Of a stretch of 64,000 bases of DNA, positions 59,802-64,000 are shown one piece after another. Position numbers and translations under genes: made by a program. The notes beneath the pieces were generated by a model. That model searched no databases. It worked only from the letters and a program-made list of their open reading frames with translations, and was not told the origin of the DNA. The stretch comes from an uncultured cyanobacterium (GTDB taxonomy: Bacteria > Cyanobacteriota > Cyanobacteriia > Cyanobacteriales > Cyanobacteriaceae). The stretch lies in NCBI GenBank assembly GCA_963749915.1, contig CAVVOP010000022.1, forward strand, positions 576,001-640,000, read 5' to 3'. The first letter of the stretch is position 1. Every line of letters starts with the position of its first letter.

Positions 59802-60185
59802 TCAAAGCAGTCCCTCGAGTTGACGACGGATGCGTTCCAACTCAAAGGCCGACATTTCAGCCTCAGAAAATTCAGAAGAAGGAGTATAAACCCCCTCTTC
59901 ATTCCAATCTGTTTGGGGTACACTGTTTTCAGGAGGAATTTCTAACATTCCCTCACTGATAAACTTCCACTCGTAACCAGTAGAAAGACAAAATTCCTCA
60001 ACTTCCTCTCTATCAATAGCCTCCACAGAAGGAGTTGGAAAATCTTGAGCCTCTAATAATAAAGCATAACGAATGGCATCGTCTTCCGATTCAAAGATTA
60101 AGACAAAATCCTGATCTCCAATTTGAATAGTATGGATTCCTTCGTTAGTCGTACCTGAATTATATAAAAGAACGTATGTTCGCAT
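59802..60185 (-). CDS. DUF3110-like cyanobacterial protein
   Basis: EGIHT...FESEDDA.RYALLLEAQDFP. Confidence 0.75.
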   Translation of the reverse strand: MRTYVLLYNSGTTNEGIHTIQIGDQDFVLIFESEDDAIRYALLLEAQDFPTPSVEAIDREEVEEFCLSTGYEWKFISEGMLEIPPENSVPQTDWNEEGVYTPSSEFSEAEMSAFELERIRRQLEGLL

Positions 60186-60219
60186 TTATCTATTCTAATC
60201 TAATTAATAATTGATAATT

Positions 60220-61098
60220 TTACTGACAACTATAGGTCGTACTAAGGGTAATAACTATTTCATCAATCCCTCGTACTAAAGCTGTTCCCGATTGACGGGG
60301 ACTATTTGCTAAAATGCTAAAAACTAAGGTACCATATTGCTGATGATCTAAATAACCAGATAACGCTCTTACTCCTGACAAAGTGCCAGTTTTAGCGTGA
60401 ACAAGCCCTTGTACGGAAGTTTGCTTCATGCGATTGCGCAAAGTGCCACTAATTCCGGCAGTAGGTAAGGAGGCGAAAAAAATATCCCTTTGGGGATTAA
60501 AATACATCGCTTTCAGAGTGTCCACCAAAACCCTGGGAGTAGCTAAGTTTCGACGAGATAATCCTGAGCCATCAGCAAAGTGGAAGCCCAGAGGATTAAT
60601 ACCTAATTGACTTAAGGTTTGTTTCGCTACCGCACCACCGCCAATTCTTTTCAGAAGAGTATCTGCATAATAATTATTGCTTCTTAAATTAGTCACCGTC
60701 ACCCATTCTTGCAGGGATTTATTCGCACTGATTGTTGTTGCGGGGGATAATCGTTGTAAAGCCGCCGCCGTAGTTAGAATTTTCATATTAGAGGCAGGAA
60801 TAAACCCTTGATCGGCATTATAATTATAAATAGTTTCCCCATCCGCTAATCGTTGCACTAAGATACCCCAACCGCCACCATAACGTTTAATAATGGTTTC
60901 AATAGCAGGGGCAAGAAAATCGCTATTGCAAACGGGTGCATAGGTATTATTTTCTGGAGGAATAACCTCGATGGGAATGGATAAAACATCTTGATTATAA
61001 CTGTTAAGACTTGGAGCAATAGGTTGTGCCGACACCGAACCCGCTGAGATAATGGCGAGAATGGAGATCCAGTGAATGAATTGTTGCTTTTTCGGCAT
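60220..61098 (-). CDS. dacB: D-Ala-D-Ala carboxypeptidase/endopeptidase, S13/PBP4 family (short form)
   Basis: Signal peptide; PASNMK (SxxK), SNN (SxN), DGSGLSR, AKTGT. Confidence 0.85.
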   Translation of the reverse strand: MPKKQQFIHWISILAIISAGSVSAQPIAPSLNSYNQDVLSIPIEVIPPENNTYAPVCNSDFLAPAIETIIKRYGGGWGILVQRLADGETIYNYNADQGFIPASNMKILTTAAALQRLSPATTISANKSLQEWVTVTNLRSNNYYADTLLKRIGGGAVAKQTLSQLGINPLGFHFADGSGLSRRNLATPRVLVDTLKAMYFNPQRDIFFASLPTAGISGTLRNRMKQTSVQGLVHAKTGTLSGVRALSGYLDHQQYGTLVFSILANSPRQSGTALVRGIDEIVITLSTTYSCQ

Positions 61099-61166
61099 AA
61101 GATTAGATTTTGGGTTAACTATAATAATTTTTCAGTATTTTAGCAATTTATTTATAGCAAAAACGG

Positions 61167-61817
61167 ATGAATCAAAATCAACCATCGCCAAAGGTAAAAA
61201 AAACTAAAACAACAGTTTATCATCTTGTCAGGTCTTTTATCGCTAATCCGATATTTCACCTTTTTTTTCGAGGTACTGTCAGCGGTATAGAAAAAGTACC
61301 CCCCACAGGTAAATTAATTATTGTCAGTAATCATGCTAGTGTTTTTGATCCTCCTTTACTGTCTGCTGCTATTCCCCGTGCTGTTTGTTATATGGCAAAA
61401 GAAGAATTATTCCAAATTCGAGGTTTAAAACAATTAATTACTGCCCTTGGTGCTTATCCCGTCAACCGTGAAGGAGTCGATCGAAAAGCCATCCGTGAAG
61501 CCGTCTCTCGACTGAAACAGGGATGGGCAACAGGTATTTTTATTGAAGGAACAAGAACTTCAGATGGTAAAATTAAAGATCCCAAATTAGGTGCAGCGTT
61601 AATTGCGGCAAAAGCTCAAGCCCCTTTATTACCTGTGTGTTTATGTGGCACTGAAAAAATTAGCGTATTAGGGAAAAAAATACCTCAATTCGTCAAAATC
61701 AACATTAAAATCGGGGATTTAATTCCCCCTCCTACCTCCAGTAAAAAAGAACAATTAGAATTAGTCACTCGTCAATGTGCTGAAAGTATTAATAATCTTT
61801 ATGAACAATCATCTTAA
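61167..61817 (+). CDS. plsC: 1-acyl-sn-glycerol-3-phosphate acyltransferase
   Basis: NHASVFD, F.EGTR. Confidence 0.88.
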   Translation: MNQNQPSPKVKKTKTTVYHLVRSFIANPIFHLFFRGTVSGIEKVPPTGKLIIVSNHASVFDPPLLSAAIPRAVCYMAKEELFQIRGLKQLITALGAYPVNREGVDRKAIREAVSRLKQGWATGIFIEGTRTSDGKIKDPKLGAALIAAKAQAPLLPVCLCGTEKISVLGKKIPQFVKINIKIGDLIPPPTSSKKEQLELVTRQCAESINNLYEQSS

Positions 61818-61826
61818 TTTGTGTTG

Positions 61827-62306
61827 CTAACAAATAAATTTAGCCGCCGCATTTACTAATTCATCGGCTACCCGTATAGAATAAGGTTTAATCAGCCACC
61901 AAATGAAGGGGGAAAGCCAGCCTCGGAGGGTTATGGAATAGGAAATATAACTACCACATAAAGTTGATTCTATTTGATAAGTGATGCGTTGTTCAATCCC
62001 CGGAATCGCCAATAACCGAATACTTAACAATTCTCTTGGTCTTACGTTTTCGACAAATACTCGAATAGGAATCGGGGTTAAACGAGTAACTACCTGAAAA
62101 ATCAAGCCGGGTTTAGGAATTAAACCTTTAGGTAAATCAGTTTGAGAGAAAAGAGGATGCCATGACATATCCGCCAAGTTGATTAATTTTCGCCAGACAA
62201 TATCAACAGGAACAGTTGTCACCACTCGATAGGTTTTATAAAGGGAAAATTGACATAATAATTTACCACCTTCGGCTAATAATTTAAAAGAGAAATTCAA
62301 AATCAT
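61827..62306 (-). CDS. SRPBCC family protein
   Basis: VWRKL.NLADMSWHP...GL.PKPG pattern. Confidence 0.7.
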   Translation of the reverse strand: MILNFSFKLLAEGGKLLCQFSLYKTYRVVTTVPVDIVWRKLINLADMSWHPLFSQTDLPKGLIPKPGLIFQVVTRLTPIPIRVFVENVRPRELLSIRLLAIPGIEQRITYQIESTLCGSYISYSITLRGWLSPFIWWLIKPYSIRVADELVNAAAKFIC

Positions 62307-62571
62307 GATATTTACTGGCTACTTACTGTTGCTGATACTTCTTTCAGAAGTTAGGGAATAGGAAATGGTCACCAACACGAATTAATTATTGATTGCAATT
62401 GATTTTTTTTATTTTGGCAAATGTCTATTGTTTATTTTTATTATCTTAAGGCTAATGTTTGGTTTTTTCTGTTGCAGAATATTAAGATCTACTAATAATC
62501 ATAGTCTAATGATGCTCTCACAGTTTAGATTGGTAGATTGTAAGTTATTTTAATAAATATTTCTATATAAT

Positions 62572-63591
62572 ATGGCCACTACAGAAGCAACTCCTAAGAC
62601 TTCTTTTCCTCCCGAAGATGCTAAAGCCAGAGTTAGTCAATTTATGCAAACTCTTCAAGAAGAAATTTGTACAGGTTTAGAAACACTGGACGGCAAAGGT
62701 ACATTTAAAGAGGATAGTTGGCAGAGAGAAGAGGGCGGCGGTGGACGATCGAGAGTCCTAACCGAGGGTAATATATTTGAACAGGGTGGGGTGAACTTTT
62801 CGGAAGTGTGGGGGAATCATTTACCTCCTAGTATTTTACAACAACGTCCTGAAGCTGAAGGTCATTCCTTTTACGCCACTGGCACATCGATGGTATTGCA
62901 TCCTAAAAACCCTTATATCCCCACTGTACACCTTAATTACCGGTATTTTGAAGCCGGTCCTGTGTGGTGGTTTGGTGGTGGTGCTGATTTAACTCCTTAT
63001 TACCCCTTTGCCGAAGATGCCCACCATTTTCATTCCACTTATAAACAAGCCTGTGATCAACATCATCCCGAATATTACCCCGTGTTTAAGCGTTGGTGTG
63101 ATGAGTATTTTTACCTGAAACATCGCAAGGAAACCAGAGGAGTTGGCGGACTGTTTTTTGATTACCAAGACGGCACAGATCCTCTTTATCGTGGTCCTCA
63201 TGCTGATAAAGAAGCCGCTGTTTATAGCCGTTCTTTACCCCCTCAAAATCATCGTACATGGGAGGAATTATTTGCTTTTATACAAGATTGTGGTAGAGCT
63301 TTTTTACCGGCTTATGTCCCTATCGCCGAAAAACGTCAACACACCGAATATGGCGATCGCCAACGTAACTTCCAATTATATCGTCGGGGACGTTATGTCG
63401 AATTTAACTTAGTTTATGACAGAGGAACTATTTTCGGATTACAAACCAATGGTAGAACCGAGTCAATATTAATGTCATTACCGCCCCTTGTGCGTTGGCA
63501 GTACGGCTATCAACCTGAACCGAATACCCCAGAAGCGGAACTATATGAAGTGTTCTTAAAACCCCAGAATTGGGCAGAATGGGGCAGTTAA
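62572..63591 (+). CDS. hemF: Oxygen-dependent coproporphyrinogen III oxidase
   Basis: [36 protein letters not shown]. Confidence 0.97.
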   Translation: MATTEATPKTSFPPEDAKARVSQFMQTLQEEICTGLETLDGKGTFKEDSWQREEGGGGRSRVLTEGNIFEQGGVNFSEVWGNHLPPSILQQRPEAEGHSFYATGTSMVLHPKNPYIPTVHLNYRYFEAGPVWWFGGGADLTPYYPFAEDAHHFHSTYKQACDQHHPEYYPVFKRWCDEYFYLKHRKETRGVGGLFFDYQDGTDPLYRGPHADKEAAVYSRSLPPQNHRTWEELFAFIQDCGRAFLPAYVPIAEKRQHTEYGDRQRNFQLYRRGRYVEFNLVYDRGTIFGLQTNGRTESILMSLPPLVRWQYGYQPEPNTPEAELYEVFLKPQNWAEWGS

Positions 63592-63644
63592 CAATTAACA
63601 AGGTAGAAAATTCTCCGTAAATTAAATCGTAAATTAAATACAGA

Positions 63645-63688
63645 CGCCAAAAAGCACCCCCTAAATTAATAGGGAGTGCTTTTTAGCG
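63645..63688. terminator. Bidirectional intrinsic terminator between hemF and psbA
   Basis: AAAAAGCACCCCCT-loop-AGGGAGTGCTTTTT hairpin with an A tract on one side and a T tract on the other. Confidence 0.75.
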
Positions 63689-63705
63689 ATTATTTTGTTG
63701 TTAAC

Positions 63706-64000
63706 TTAACCGTTGATTACAGGAGCAGATACAGGTTCTGCACTAGCTAAATCTAAGGGGAAGTTGTGAGCATTACGCTCGTGCATGACTTCGATTCCGA
63801 TGTTGGCACGGTTTAATACGTCTGCCCAAGTTCCAATTACATGACCTTGACTATCTAAGATAGACTGGTTGAAGTTGAATCCATTTAAGTTGAATGCCAT
63901 GGTACTTACACCCATTGCGGTGAACCAAATACCAATTACAGGCCATGCACCTAAGAAGAAGTGTAACGCCCGGCTGTTATTAAAGGAAGCATATTGGAAG
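63706..64000 (-). CDS. psbA: Photosystem II D1 protein, 3' end (continues beyond the window)
   Basis: [16 protein letters not shown]...[28 protein letters not shown]. Confidence 0.97.
   Translation of the reverse strand, partial: FQYASFNNSRALHFFLGAWPVIGIWFTAMGVSTMAFNLNGFNFNQSILDSQGHVIGTWADVLNRANIGIEVMHERNAHNFPLDLASAEPVSAPVING

Larger units (their letters stand above)
1188..63360. repeat. HIP1 octamer GCGATCGC dispersed through the window (about 20 by eye)
   Basis: Examples at 1188, 51389, 51433 and 63353, in an otherwise AT-rich background. Confidence 0.9.

Noticed and set aside
946..63412. Remaining short ORF-track entries nested in or antisense to called genes, and tRNA/rRNA genes
   Set aside because: The nested ORFs are alternative-frame shadows without motifs. 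No tRNA cloverleaf or rRNA signature was recognised in any intergenic region.

Overview
AT-rich cyanobacterial chromosome segment. HIP1 (GCGATCGC) sites are frequent, and psaL/psaI, psbA and heptamer STRR repeats are present. Gene content and sequence style suggest a unicellular Geminocystis/Cyanobacterium-like organism (inference). Most of the window is housekeeping: purN, mreC, rnz, deoC, recO, infC, argJ, aroK, purL, dnaJ, tusA, rsgA, glgA, hflX, rbfA, murQ, dacB, plsC, hemF. The accessory content is: (1) a complete olefin-synthase PKS (FAAL-ACP-KS-AT-KR-ACP-ST-TE) with a convergent uncharacterised partner gene; (2) a PPIase-HlyB-HlyD type I secretion cluster, plus a signal-peptide-less repeat surface protein elsewhere in the window that could be its substrate; (3) a cyanate ABC transporter plus cyanase operon with an NtcA box, bordered by a truncated ArsR gene and a 205-bp IS630 mini-element. 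I found no clearly new multi-gene system. The best candidates for undescribed biology are a ~55-bp CT-flanked mini-element inserted in heptamer repeats beside an IS110 remnant, a Cys/His-rich ~128-aa extension ahead of the Tat signal of CynA, the Ols-adjacent gene, and a probable Trp-to-stop change at the PsaL C-terminus. All family assignments come from motif recognition by eye; no searches were run.
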